Both the position numbers and the translations under genes were made by a program. This document shows positions 9,339 through 21,161 of a stretch of DNA of 64,000 nucleotides, in pieces. How positions within the stretch are numbered: position 1 is the stretch's first letter; each line of letters starts with the position of its first letter. This DNA comes from Alphaproteobacteria bacterium (GTDB lineage: Bacteria > Pseudomonadota > Alphaproteobacteria > Bin95). The stretch lies in the NCBI GenBank assembly GCA_964291285.2, contig OZ219787.1, positions 1,312,001-1,376,000 of the forward strand, written 5' to 3'. The notes under the pieces were generated by a model. That model had not been told where the DNA came from. It did not search any database and worked only from the letters and a program-made list of their open reading frames with translations.

Positions 9339-10121
9339 TCAGGCCGCTTGCGCCGGCACGGCTGTGAAGCCGACCCGCCCGAGAGGACCGAAGTCCGCGA
9401 GCACCTGCGCGCCGGTCCGAATTGCGGCGACGCCGGTGCAGGTGCCGGTGGTTACGCGGTCACCGGCCCGAAGCCCGTCGCCGCGCTCGCGCAAATGGTT
9501 GGCGAGCCAGAGGAGCACCAGCGCCGGATCGCCCAGCGCCAGCGCTCCGGTGCCCTCGGCCAGCGTTTCTCCATCCACCGAGAGCGCCACGCCGGCGTCA
9601 CGCAGATCCCGGTCCCGCCAGTCGGGCCGCACCTCCCCCTCGACGAATGCGATATTGGCGCCGAAATCGGCCGTGACGCCCTCCCGGCCGAGCCCGGCGA
9701 GCCCGCCCTCGAAGCGCGAGCCGACGACTTCGATGCCTCCGGCAATGCCCATCACCGCGGCCAACACCTCGGCGCGCTCGAACGGCGCCTCGCGCGGCGG
9801 CAGGCCCTCGCCCATGACGAAGACGAACTCGCCTTCGACGGCCGGCGCATGCGCGGCGAAGACGGGCACTTCCGCCCCGTGCTCGAAGCAGAAGGGCTCT
9901 AGCAGCGCGCCCGCGCCGGGCCTGTCCGTGCCGAGCTTGCGCCGGGCTTCGGCGCTGGTTGATCCGACCTTCCAGCCGGCGCGGGGACAACCCGACGCCC
10001 GCACCGCCCTTTCCTGGACCCGGTAGGCGTCGTCCAGACCGGCGATGTCCCGCCTTGCCGCCACCTCGACCAGGGTTCCGTCCCGCCGGGCCTCCCACAA
10101 GCGTTGCGCCAGATCGGCCAT
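9339..10121 (-). CDS. 2-keto-4-pentenoate hydratase-like (FAH superfamily)
   Basis: GWKVGSTS, VEGEF, WLANHL...GLRAGD.VTTGT. Confidence 0.85.
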   Translation of the reverse strand: MADLAQRLWEARRDGTLVEVAARRDIAGLDDAYRVQERAVRASGCPRAGWKVGSTSAEARRKLGTDRPGAGALLEPFCFEHGAEVPVFAAHAPAVEGEFVFVMGEGLPPREAPFERAEVLAAVMGIAGGIEVVGSRFEGGLAGLGREGVTADFGANIAFVEGEVRPDWRDRDLRDAGVALSVDGETLAEGTGALALGDPALVLLWLANHLRERGDGLRAGDRVTTGTCTGVAAIRTGAQVLADFGPLGRVGFTAVPAQAA

Positions 10122-10271
10122 CCAGTGCCTGCCTTTCTTCCGCTTCGACGAACCGTGCCGCAACCCTATCCCGCCCGACTGCCGTGCGAAAGGACATCCC
10201 TGTTCCGCCCGAGGTCTTTTCCCGCGCCTGAATCTCTTTAGGCTTCCCCGGCGTCACGAAGGGGGGCGGCG

Positions 10272-11100
10272 ATGAAGCTCGGCATTTTCAGCTACAACAC
10301 GGAATACGGAACCCGGCCCGACGAGCTGGCGAAGGCTGCCGAGGAGCGGGGCTTCGAGTCCTTCTGGGTCGGCGAGCACACGCACATTCCGGCAAGCCGC
10401 GACACGCCCTATCCGGGCGGCGATCCGCTGCCGAAGCCCTACTACCACATGGCCGACCCCTTCGTGTCGCTGATGGCGGCGGCGGGCGCGACTTCGACGA
10501 TCAAGGTCGGCACGGCCGTCTGCCTCGTCATCGAGCGCGACCCCATCGTGCTGGCGAAGGAAGCGGCGACGCTCGACTACCTCTCGGGCGGGCGGCTGTT
10601 GCTCGGCATCGGCGGCGGCTGGAACGCGGAGGAGATGGCCAATCACGGCACCGACTTCACGCGGCGCTGGCAGGTGCTGCGGGAGCGCATCGAGGCCATG
10701 AAGGCGATCTGGACGGAGGAAGAAGCAAGCTACGAGGGCGAGTTCGTGCGCTTCGAGCGCATCGTCTCCTATCCGAAGCCGGTCCAGCGCCCGCATCCGC
10801 CCATCATCTATGGCGGCGCCACGCCGCTCGGGCGGAAGCGGACGGTGCGCTACTGCGACGGCTGGATGCCCATCGACGTGCTGCTGGACGATTTCCCCGC
10901 CGCCGTCGCCGAACTCGACCGCCTGGCCGAGGAGGCGGGCCGCGATCCCGACTCCATCTCGGTCTCGGTGTTCGCCTTCAACGGCGCCAATGAGGAAGCG
11001 CTCAGGCGGCTCGCGGAGAACCCGCGCATCGAACGCGCCGTGCTGGTGGCACCCCGCTACACGGAGAAGGCCCTGCCTTTCCTGGACGCGTTCGGCGCGC

Positions 11101-11120
<20 letters not shown>
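10272..11120 (+). CDS. LLM-class, probably F420-dependent, oxidoreductase
   Basis: GFESFWVGEHTHIP, DPFVSL, SGGRLLLGIGGGWNAEE, PKPVQRPHPPI. Confidence 0.85.
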
Positions 11121-12744
<1,624 letters not shown>

Positions 12745-12857
12745 CGGCGCTCCCCGATAGCCGTGAATGGCATCCTTTGCATCGTCGAATCCTTCCCCGA
12801 ATGCCGGGCCGCTCGCTTGACCCGTCGGCGCGGAGCGGCTAGAAGCCGCCCCTTATC

Positions 12858-12933
<76 letters not shown>

Positions 12934-12961
12934 TTCCCTTCCGCGTTTTCCAGTCGACCGG

Positions 12962-13273
12962 TCAGGCGTCCGTCAGCACGTGGATCGTCCGGTTGGCGAG
13001 CAGGTCCTTCACCTTCGCCGCATAGGCGGCCATATGGGCAGACGCGCCATGCGCGCGGAGCGCGTCCAGGCTCGCCCATTTCTCCACGACGACAAAGGTG
13101 TCCTCGCCGTATTTCGTCTGGATCGCGCCCGCTTCGGCGTCCACGGCCGCGCCGTATTCGATGCAGCCGTCCTCCGCATGCACTGCCGGCACATTGGCGT
13201 TGAAGGCTTCGAGGACCTCGGCGCGGCGGCCGGGCTTGGCCTGGATGACGGCGATGACATGGACCCTGGACAT
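12962..13273 (-). CDS. ABM-family putative quinol monooxygenase (YgiN-like)
   Basis: AKPG, EDGCIEY, VVEKWASLDALRAH...HM motifs. Confidence 0.87.
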   Translation of the reverse strand: MSRVHVIAVIQAKPGRRAEVLEAFNANVPAVHAEDGCIEYGAAVDAEAGAIQTKYGEDTFVVVEKWASLDALRAHGASAHMAAYAAKVKDLLANRTIHVLTDA

Positions 13274-13388
13274 GGATGTTCTCCTGTTCCCGCCGCCCCC
13301 TCGGCAACGGTTGTCCGGCTGTTATTGACCGCTTTCGGCCTCCGGGGTCAAGATTGGGACAATTCCCGGTTCCCGGAGGCCATACCCG

Positions 13389-15533
13389 ATGCCCGAAGCG
13401 CGCGCCCTCTGCTCTTCCTGCGACATTTACTGCCAGGTCCTGGTCGAGACCGCAGGCGGACAGGTCGCCCGGGTCAAGGCGATGGACCCGAGGCCGGGCC
13501 AGGCCAACATCTGCATGAAGGGCGTGCATGCGCCCGCCGGCTTTACCCATTCCGACCGGGTGTTGCATCCGCTCCGCCGCAAGGGGCCGCGCGGCTCCGG
13601 GGAATGGGAGCGGGTCGGCTGGGACGAGGCGCTCGACGACATCGCCGAACGCCTTCAGCGGGCCGTGGACCGCTACGGGCCGGAGGGGTTCGCCGTCTCG
13701 ACAAGCTCCTGGAACACGCAGACCGATCAGGGCATGTGCCGGCGCTTCATGAACCTTGTCGGCTCGCCCAACTGGATTTCCGGCGTGGCGCTCTGCGCGG
13801 GCAACACAGCCGCCGTCAACCGCCTGGTCTATGGCTGGTTCCCCTATCCGGATTTCACGAAGACGCAGTGCATCGTGCTGTTCGGGCACAATCCGAAGCC
13901 GCATTCCTGGACGCCGGAATACAACGCCATCCGCCGGGCGCAGGAGCGCGGCGCGAAGCTGATCGTGCTCGACCCGCGCCGGTCGGAGAACGCCGAGCTC
14001 GCCGACATCTGGCTGCCGCTCAGGGTCGGCACCGACGCCGCCATGTGTCTCGGCTGGCTCAAGGTCATCATGGACGAGGGCCTCTGGGACAAGGATTTCG
14101 TCAAGCGCTGGACGGCGGGCTTCGACGAGCTTCGCAGGCGCGTGGACGAGTTCCCGCTGGACCGGGTCGCCGAGATCACCGGCGTTCCGGCCGACCGGAT
14201 CGCGGAGGCGGCGCGCCTCTATGCGCAGTCCGGCCCGGCGGTGATTCCCTGGTCTCCGATCACCGACCAGCAGCGCAACTCGACCTCCGCCATCCGCCTC
14301 CAGGCGATCCTGCGCGCCATCTGCGGCAATCTCGACGTTCCGGGCGGGGAGGTGCTGCACGGTTTCCACCCGCGCATCGTGCCGGAGACCGACCTGGAGT
14401 TTCACGACGCGCTGCCGGAAGCGCAGAAGGCCAAACAACTGGGGTCCGACACGCACCCGGTGTTCACCTATCGCGGCGCCGCGCCCCTGGAAGAGCCGAC
14501 GCTTCGCGTCTGGGGGCGGCGATACGCCAATCTCGTCTCCGGCTGCTACATGGCGACGCCCTCGGCCGTCTTCCGCGCCATGGCGGACGGCGAGCCATAT
14601 CCGGTCAAGGCGTTCTTCGCGCTCGGCAACAACACGCTGCTGAGCTTCGCCAACATGCAGCTGATCCAAAGGGCGCTCCTGAACCAGGACCTGCTCGTCG
14701 CCTTCGAGCACATGAAGACGCCGACGGCGGCGCTGTGCGATTACATCCTGCCGGGCGATGCCTGGACGGAACGCAAGGCGCTGGCGGACGGCTTCGGCTG
14801 GACCGCGATCTGCCGCACTTCGCAGCAGGCGACGGAGCCGCCGGGAGAGGCGCGCAGCGTTTACGATTTCTGGCGCGGCCTGGCGGTGCGGTTCGGCCTC
14901 GGCAACCATTTCCCGTGGGAAACGGCGGACGCCGTGCTGGACCATCGCGTGGCAGGCCTCGGCATGGATTTCGACAGCTTCGCACGGGAGCACGCCGCGC
15001 ATACGGACGGCCTCCGGTTCCGGAAATACGAAAAGACGGGCTTCGCGACGCCCTCCGGCAAGGTCGAGCTTTCCTCCTCCGTGCTGGCCGAATTCGGCTT
15101 CGACCCCTTGCCCTACTGGCGCGAGGAACCGGCGGGGCCGGACGACATGCCGCTTCGCCTCTTCACGGGCCTGCGCGAGGACGCCTATTTCCAGACCGGC
15201 CACCGCCATATCGCGGCGCTCAGGGCCCGCGCGCCCGAGCCGCTGCTGTTCCTGCATCCGGAAGATGCAAGGGAAGCCGGCATCGCCGACGGCGAGCCCG
15301 CCGTCGCGGAAACGGCGCAGGGGCGGGTGCATATGAAGGCTGCCGTCCGCAACGACATGCAGAAGGGCCTGGTGCGGATACCCCACGGCTGGTGGCTGCC
15401 CGAGGTCGGGCTGGAGAGCGCCTGGGAGATGGCCGACGCCCAGCTCTGTCCCGACGACGAGGATTTCCTCGACCGCGAACAGGGCATCCCGCACTTCAAG
15501 GGCATCCCCTGCCGGGTCGCGCCGGCGGCTTAG
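13389..15533 (+). CDS. Mo/W-bisPGD oxidoreductase, acetylene hydratase-like
   Basis: CSSCDIYC...ICMK 4Fe-4S motif, RRFMNLVGSPNW...CAGNT, ATPSGKVEL, DREQGIP; no Tat signal. Confidence 0.85.
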   Translation: MPEARALCSSCDIYCQVLVETAGGQVARVKAMDPRPGQANICMKGVHAPAGFTHSDRVLHPLRRKGPRGSGEWERVGWDEALDDIAERLQRAVDRYGPEGFAVSTSSWNTQTDQGMCRRFMNLVGSPNWISGVALCAGNTAAVNRLVYGWFPYPDFTKTQCIVLFGHNPKPHSWTPEYNAIRRAQERGAKLIVLDPRRSENAELADIWLPLRVGTDAAMCLGWLKVIMDEGLWDKDFVKRWTAGFDELRRRVDEFPLDRVAEITGVPADRIAEAARLYAQSGPAVIPWSPITDQQRNSTSAIRLQAILRAICGNLDVPGGEVLHGFHPRIVPETDLEFHDALPEAQKAKQLGSDTHPVFTYRGAAPLEEPTLRVWGRRYANLVSGCYMATPSAVFRAMADGEPYPVKAFFALGNNTLLSFANMQLIQRALLNQDLLVAFEHMKTPTAALCDYILPGDAWTERKALADGFGWTAICRTSQQATEPPGEARSVYDFWRGLAVRFGLGNHFPWETADAVLDHRVAGLGMDFDSFAREHAAHTDGLRFRKYEKTGFATPSGKVELSSSVLAEFGFDPLPYWREEPAGPDDMPLRLFTGLREDAYFQTGHRHIAALRARAPEPLLFLHPEDAREAGIADGEPAVAETAQGRVHMKAAVRNDMQKGLVRIPHGWWLPEVGLESAWEMADAQLCPDDEDFLDREQGIPHFKGIPCRVAPAA

Positions 15534-15635
15534 GGCACGCTTCGACCCGGATGGCCCGACGGTCATTCGGGACAGAACCGTCCGAGGCCGGCATCCGGTG
15601 GGGAAGGCGCGGCTGCGGGGATACGCTTGCGGAAG

Positions 15636-16155
15636 TGTCATGAGATGTCATGTTCTGTCATGCGGGGGCCGCGCGGTGTCATGATGTGTCATGATGTGTC
15701 ATGTTTCGTCATGGTCGGCCATGCGAACGGCGCATAGCCCGTAGCCGTTCCGGGCATGCGGCCATCGTTTCAGTCTGGTGCTCCGGGTATTCCATCCGGT
15801 TTCCCCGGCCTTGCATCTTCGGCATGGTCTCTCCTTTCCGTCCGTCGTCGCTCCGTTCTTCCCGCCGCCCGGCGCGGCGGGACCCTTTTTCGCGCGTAAT
15901 GCGCGCCGGCGCCCGCGCGCCCGTCGGCGCGCGTTTCGCGGCGGCGCGGTTTGCGCGCCTGATTGCGCCTGCGCCCGCGAGCCGGACGCAGGGCGCACTT
16001 TGCCCGTTGGCAGAATCGGGGGCTTTTTTCGCGCCGGCGCCGGCGCGAAGGAACGGGGCGGTGTCCGGACGCCGCCTCGTCGGGACCAATATGTCTTCAC
16101 GATTCTCAGAAGTCAAATAATTTTAGGAATTATTACGAAAATTTAACGAACAATG
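15636..16155 (-). repeat. CATGACA-array element, copy C (complete)
   Basis: Minus strand: TTGACT-17-CATATT (16116-16088), GC-rich leader, AAAGGAG, micro-ORF 15825-15709, then 4+3 heptamers at a 10-bp period (15636-15713). Colinear with 57985-58490. Confidence 0.85.
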
Positions 16156-16388
16156 CGCTGATTCGATTCCACTGAATCGTTTACCGCCGCCCGAACAGCC
16201 TGCTTCTTCACATCCCGTTCGCCTCCCCGGATCGAAATGCGGTTCCATCGGGACGGGGCTGCATCGACGGCAGGTCGCGCTCCGGCGTGAGCGTTTTGGG
16301 GTGGGACAGTTTGCGGCTGACAGAATGGAACCGGTTGGGAATACTCTGGCGGACTGAACCGGGGCAGCCGGTGCCGGGGGAGGGCCGG

Positions 16389-17564
16389 ATGAATATCGAC
16401 AAGTGCATCAATCTCGACGACCTGCGCGTACTCGCGAAGAAGCGCGTGCCGAAGCTGGTTTACGACTTCATCGAGGGCGGCGTGGACGGTGAGGAAGGGC
16501 TCTGGCGCAATGAGGACGCCTTCCAGCGGCGCTCGCTCGTGCCGCGCTACATGGTCGATGTCTCGACGCTCGACCAGTCGGTGGAGCTGTTCGGCCGCAC
16601 CTGGTCCAGCCCCTATGGCATCGCGCCCACCGGCGGCATCGGCAATTACCGCCGCGGCGGCGACATGATGCTGGCGCGGGCGGCGCGCGACGCCAATATC
16701 CCCTTCATCATGTCCGGGGCTGCCAACGCCTCGATGGAGGAGATGGCGCGCGAGGCGCCCGAGCATGGCTGGTACCAGATGTATACAGCGAATGACCGGG
16801 CGATCTCCGAGGACATGATCCGGCGCGCGGCCGACCTCGGCATTCCGGCACTCGTCGTCACGGTCGATGTACCGGTCCATTCCAACCGTGAGCGCAACCG
16901 GCGCAACGGGTTCGGCCGCCCGCTCAGGCTGACGCTCGGGACCAAGCTGGACACGCTCCGCCATCCCGCCTGGCTCCGGGACTACATGAAGCAGGGCTTC
17001 GCCATGCTGGAGAACTGGAAGCCCTATGCGCCCGAGGGCGCGAGTTCGCTCGAGGTCGGCGAATTCATGGCCGGACAGGTCCCGGCCAACCTCACCTGGG
17101 CGGATATCGAGCGGTTCCGGGCGCTCTGGCCGCGCACCTTCATCCTGAAGGGCGTCATGCGCACGGACGACGCGCTCCGGGCGGCGGAAGCCGGGGTGGA
17201 CGGGCTGATGGTCTCCAACCACGGCGCCCGCCAGCTCGACCGCGCGCCGTCTCCGCTGGACGTGCTGCCGGCGCTCGACGCGGCCGTGGGCGACCGCATG
17301 GCGCTGATGCTCGACGGCGGCGTCCGGCGGGGCGCTGACATACTGATCGCGCTCGCCAGCGGGGCGAAGTTCGTCTTCCTCGGCCGGCCGACCCTCTACG
17401 GCGCGGTTGCGGGCGGGGCGGCAGGGGCCGTGAAGGCGGTCGATATCCTCCGCGACGAGATCGACAAGGTGATGGCCCAGATCGGCTGCCCGTCGCTCGA
17501 CCAGCTGGGGCCTGATTTCCTCCACCGGGACCAGGAGGACGCGGGGCGCAACATCCGGCTCTGA
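16389..17564 (+). CDS. FMN-dependent alpha-hydroxy acid dehydrogenase/oxidase, copy 1
   Basis: APTG, LKG, VSNHGARQLD, DGGVRRGAD, GRPTLYG. Confidence 0.92.
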   Translation: MNIDKCINLDDLRVLAKKRVPKLVYDFIEGGVDGEEGLWRNEDAFQRRSLVPRYMVDVSTLDQSVELFGRTWSSPYGIAPTGGIGNYRRGGDMMLARAARDANIPFIMSGAANASMEEMAREAPEHGWYQMYTANDRAISEDMIRRAADLGIPALVVTVDVPVHSNRERNRRNGFGRPLRLTLGTKLDTLRHPAWLRDYMKQGFAMLENWKPYAPEGASSLEVGEFMAGQVPANLTWADIERFRALWPRTFILKGVMRTDDALRAAEAGVDGLMVSNHGARQLDRAPSPLDVLPALDAAVGDRMALMLDGGVRRGADILIALASGAKFVFLGRPTLYGAVAGGAAGAVKAVDILRDEIDKVMAQIGCPSLDQLGPDFLHRDQEDAGRNIRL

Positions 17565-17594
17565 CGGCCGCGGCCGGCGCCGGGAGAGGGCCGG

Positions 17595-18764
17595 ATGAAT
17601 ATCGACAAGTGCGTCAACCTCGACGACCTGCGCATGCTGGCGAAGAGGCGCGTGCCGAAGCTGGTTTACGACTACATCGAAGGCGGCGTGGACGATGAGG
17701 AGGGGCTCCGGCGCAATGAGGACGCCTTCCGGCGGCGTTCGCTCGTGCCGCGCTACATGGTGGATGTCTCGACCCTCGACCGGTCGGTGGAGCTGTTCGG
17801 CCGCACATGGTCGAGCCCCTACGGCATCGCGCCCACCGGGGGCATCGGCAATTTCCGCCGCGGCGGCGACAGGATGCTGTGGCGGGCCGCGCGGGACGCG
17901 AATATCCCCTTCGTCATGTCGATCGTCGCCACCGCCCCGATGGAGGACATGGCGCGCGAGGCGCCCGAGCATGGCTGGTACCAGTTGTCCGCAGCGAAGG
18001 ACCGGTCGATCTCCGAAGACATGATCCGGCGCGCGGCCGATCTCGGCATTCCCGCCCTTGTGGTCACGGTCGATGCGCCGGTCGATTCCAACAAGGAGCG
18101 CAACCGGCGCAACGGCCTCGGCGGCAAGATCACGCTCGCGGCGAAGCTGGAGGCGCTCCGCCATCCGCTCTGGCTGAAGGACTACTTGCTGCACGGCTCC
18201 GCCATGCTGGAGAACTGGCGGCCTTATGCGCCGGCGGGCTCCAGCGCCGGACAGGTCGATGAATTCGTGGCCGGACAGAGGCCGACCGGCCTCACCTGGT
18301 CCGACATCGAGCGGTTCCGCGCGCTCTGGCCGCGCACGCTGGTCCTGAAGGGGGTGTTGCGCACCGACGATGCGCTCCGGGCGGCGGAGGCCGGTGTGGA
18401 CGGGCTGATCGTGTCCAACCACGGCGCCCGCCAGCTCGACCGCGCCCCGTCGCCGCTGGATATGCTGCCGGCGCTCGACGCGGCGGTGGGCGACCGGCTG
18501 GCGCTGATGATGGACGGCGGCGTCCGCCGGGGCGCGGACATTCTGATCGCGCTCGCCAGCGGGGCGAAGTTCGTCTTCCTCGGCCGGCCGACTCTCTACG
18601 GCGCCGTTGCGGGTGGTGCCGCCGGGGCCGCCAGGGCCGTGGACATCCTCCGCGACGAGATCGACAAGGTCATGGCCCAGATCGGCTGCCCGTCCCCCGA
18701 CCGGCTAGGCCCCGAATTCCTCCACCGCGACCCGGGGGACGCGGGGCGCAATATCCGGCTGTGA
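17595..18764 (+). CDS. FMN-dependent alpha-hydroxy acid dehydrogenase/oxidase, copy 2 (tandem paralog)
   Basis: Same motifs; highly similar to copy 1, including the RBS region. Confidence 0.92.
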   Translation: MNIDKCVNLDDLRMLAKRRVPKLVYDYIEGGVDDEEGLRRNEDAFRRRSLVPRYMVDVSTLDRSVELFGRTWSSPYGIAPTGGIGNFRRGGDRMLWRAARDANIPFVMSIVATAPMEDMAREAPEHGWYQLSAAKDRSISEDMIRRAADLGIPALVVTVDAPVDSNKERNRRNGLGGKITLAAKLEALRHPLWLKDYLLHGSAMLENWRPYAPAGSSAGQVDEFVAGQRPTGLTWSDIERFRALWPRTLVLKGVLRTDDALRAAEAGVDGLIVSNHGARQLDRAPSPLDMLPALDAAVGDRLALMMDGGVRRGADILIALASGAKFVFLGRPTLYGAVAGGAAGAARAVDILRDEIDKVMAQIGCPSPDRLGPEFLHRDPGDAGRNIRL

Positions 18765-18808
18765 CGGCTGCGGCCTGAAACGCCGGTTTCAGCCCGCGGC
18801 GGCGGCCT

Positions 18809-19870
18809 CTAGGCCGACGCAATGTGCGTGGCGCCGCTTTCCTGTTGGCCTGTCATGGCGGCGAGCTCGCGCAGCGCCTCTTCGGCGCGGCGGCGCTTCG
18901 CCTCGTCCGGGTCGCGCTGGACGATGCGGAGCAGCGCGTCGCGCGCCGCAAGGTCGCCCTCTGCGGCCATGTCGAAGGCCATCCGGTCGCGGCGTTCGTA
19001 ATATTGCCGGTCCAGCGGCACGACCTTGGGCGAGAGCGCGCGCCAGAAAAATTGCCCGTCGTCGGAGGACCAGTCCGCATAGACCTCCTCCCAGGTTCCG
19101 CAGCCGGAATAGGGCACCATGTTGGTGTCCGCGACCGGCTTGCTCGCCGGCTGGTAGCGGTCGTCGAAGGACTGGCGGATCTCGTCCGTGCGGTTGGGTA
19201 GCGCGCAATGCACGACGGTGTCCGCGAAGATCAGCGCATCGCCCGCCTCGAAGGCGCCCGTCACCCACTCGCCGGGGATCGGCACGCTGATGTCCATGCC
19301 GCCCGCTCCGTTGCCGACCTTGGTGTCGAGCACGCCCGCATGGTGCGATCCGGAGGCAACCGCGAGGGCCCCCTTCTCCAGCGGGCAGTCGCCGAGCGGC
19401 GCCCAGAGCGCATGGTTGGTCGCCCCGCCGATATGCACCTTGTCCTGGTGCGCGCCGGTGGTGAAGTCGAAGCTCTCGGTCTGCGGGAAGATGTTGCGCT
19501 GGATGAACATCGGGTGCGCCAGCACCGGCTCGCCGAAGATGCGCTCGAACAGCGCCAGCACATTGGGATGGATGCGGAGCCGGTGCAGCTCCTCGTCCTT
19601 CCACATGCCCCGGAACACCTGCATGTAGCGTTCCTCGGGGTCCTTGCAGGCCGCAGCCTTGTTGGCGACGCCGGCTTCCACCGGATGAGCCGGGTCGAGC
19701 CAGCCACCTTCGGCCGCTGTCTCCAGCAGGCGCCGGCGGACCTCCATCACCTTCCCGCGCGGCAGCAGGCCCCGGAGGAACAGGTAGCCGTCGCGCTCCA
19801 GCCGCTCGGCGAGCGCCGGACCGTCCTCGATGAAAGTGGTCGAATCGAGGAATTCGCCCATCGCGTCCAT
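18809..19870 (-). CDS. PhyH-family Fe(II)/2-oxoglutarate dioxygenase
   Basis: DGYLFLRGLL, HQD, WAPLGD, GSH, H.ALPN...R.S.D.RY. Confidence 0.87.
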   Translation of the reverse strand: MDAMGEFLDSTTFIEDGPALAERLERDGYLFLRGLLPRGKVMEVRRRLLETAAEGGWLDPAHPVEAGVANKAAACKDPEERYMQVFRGMWKDEELHRLRIHPNVLALFERIFGEPVLAHPMFIQRNIFPQTESFDFTTGAHQDKVHIGGATNHALWAPLGDCPLEKGALAVASGSHHAGVLDTKVGNGAGGMDISVPIPGEWVTGAFEAGDALIFADTVVHCALPNRTDEIRQSFDDRYQPASKPVADTNMVPYSGCGTWEEVYADWSSDDGQFFWRALSPKVVPLDRQYYERRDRMAFDMAAEGDLAARDALLRIVQRDPDEAKRRRAEEALRELAAMTGQQESGATHIASA

Positions 19871-19909
19871 GTCCGTTCCTCCCTGTCCGCGCCTGTCGGC
19901 GCCGGCGTG

Positions 19910-21079
19910 TCAGATCGCCAGGTCCTTCGTGTTGTAGTCGCGGATCACCCGTTCGAAGGTCTCGTCATTATAGCGGAACTCGTCCTCCAGCCCGTCGAAG
20001 GGCCGGTAGCGGAAGGGCGACTCGTCGGGGAAGCGCTGCCGCCGCGCGTCGATCGCGACCTGGATGACGGCGGAGCGTTCGAAGATGCGCTGCTCGTCAT
20101 AGACCTCGTCGGCCTTCATGCTGAGCTTGCCCTTCTGGCCCAGCACCGAGCGGCGGCGGTGGAAGCCCATGGTGATCGAGATGCGCTTGTCGGGCGATGT
20201 GTTGGCGAAGGAGCCGTGCAGCATCTGGCGGTTGACGGCGGTCACGTCGCCCGGCTCGCAGATGAGCGGCACGGCGTCCGGGAACTTCTCGTCGCCGCCG
20301 TTCTCCCTGACCCGGCCCGGAATGTCGATCCGCCCTCCCTTGTGAGTGCCGGGCACGACCCAGAGGCAGTTGGCGGGCGTCGTCGGGTAGAGTTGCACCT
20401 GGAAGTTGAAGCCGTGGCTGCCCTCGTCCCAGTCGGGCGAGTCCCAGTGGGTCACGCCGTCCTGGTGCCAGGCGACGGAGCCGCCGACGCCGGCCTGCTT
20501 GACGAAGATGGCGTCGTTGTAGGGCACGAAATCCGTCCCGTTGATCGCCTCCGCCACCGCCAGCAGGTGCGGATGGGCATAGACGCGCAGCGCCGCCGGC
20601 ATCGCCTGGCACATGCCGTACATCAGGAAGACCACATAGTCGGGCGCATCGGTGTCGGGTTGCGGCTGGGTCATCCGGTGGGGGTGGCGGCCGTTCAGCT
20701 TGTCGGTGCCGCCCCAGGGGTCGGAGAGCGGCTTCACCAGCGTGTAGGGCTCGCGGGCATAGTCCCGGCCGAGCGCGGGGCGGCCGTGCGCATCCAGATC
20801 GGCGCCGGGACGGACCGGCGCGCGCTTGATCATCATGTCGGCGTCGGCGCGCAACTCGTCCAGTTCCGCTTCGCCGATCACGCCCTCGAAGACATAGAAA
20901 CCGTGCTTCCAGTAGGCGTCGAGTATGTCGGGATGAAGCCCGCCGTCCGGGCCGAAGCGCACCGGTCCGCGGTTTGCGAGGCTGCGGGCGCGTTCCTCGC
21001 CGGCGCTGAGATAGGCCGCTATGCGCGCGGCATGTTCGGCCCTGGTCGGTTCCGTGTCGGGGGTCGAAACATGGTTCAT
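19910..21079 (-). CDS. PhyH-family Fe(II)/2-oxoglutarate dioxygenase
   Basis: AWHQDG, CLWVVPGTHK, LHGSFANTS..RIS. Confidence 0.87.
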   Translation of the reverse strand: MNHVSTPDTEPTRAEHAARIAAYLSAGEERARSLANRGPVRFGPDGGLHPDILDAYWKHGFYVFEGVIGEAELDELRADADMMIKRAPVRPGADLDAHGRPALGRDYAREPYTLVKPLSDPWGGTDKLNGRHPHRMTQPQPDTDAPDYVVFLMYGMCQAMPAALRVYAHPHLLAVAEAINGTDFVPYNDAIFVKQAGVGGSVAWHQDGVTHWDSPDWDEGSHGFNFQVQLYPTTPANCLWVVPGTHKGGRIDIPGRVRENGGDEKFPDAVPLICEPGDVTAVNRQMLHGSFANTSPDKRISITMGFHRRRSVLGQKGKLSMKADEVYDEQRIFERSAVIQVAIDARRQRFPDESPFRYRPFDGLEDEFRYNDETFERVIRDYNTKDLAI

Positions 21080-21161
21080 CGCGTGTCTCCGGCTGCGGCC
21101 CTCCGGGGTGAAATCCTATGCAAGGGCCTGTTCGGTGGCAACCGGAGCGGGGGCGGCGGCT

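Noticed and set aside
15699-16146. Overlapping 120-140 aa ORFs here and at 58037-58484, and CHDMSCFVM-type peptides
   Set aside because: They are translations of the non-coding repeat element in various frames; only the RBS-led micro-ORFs were retained, as hypotheses.
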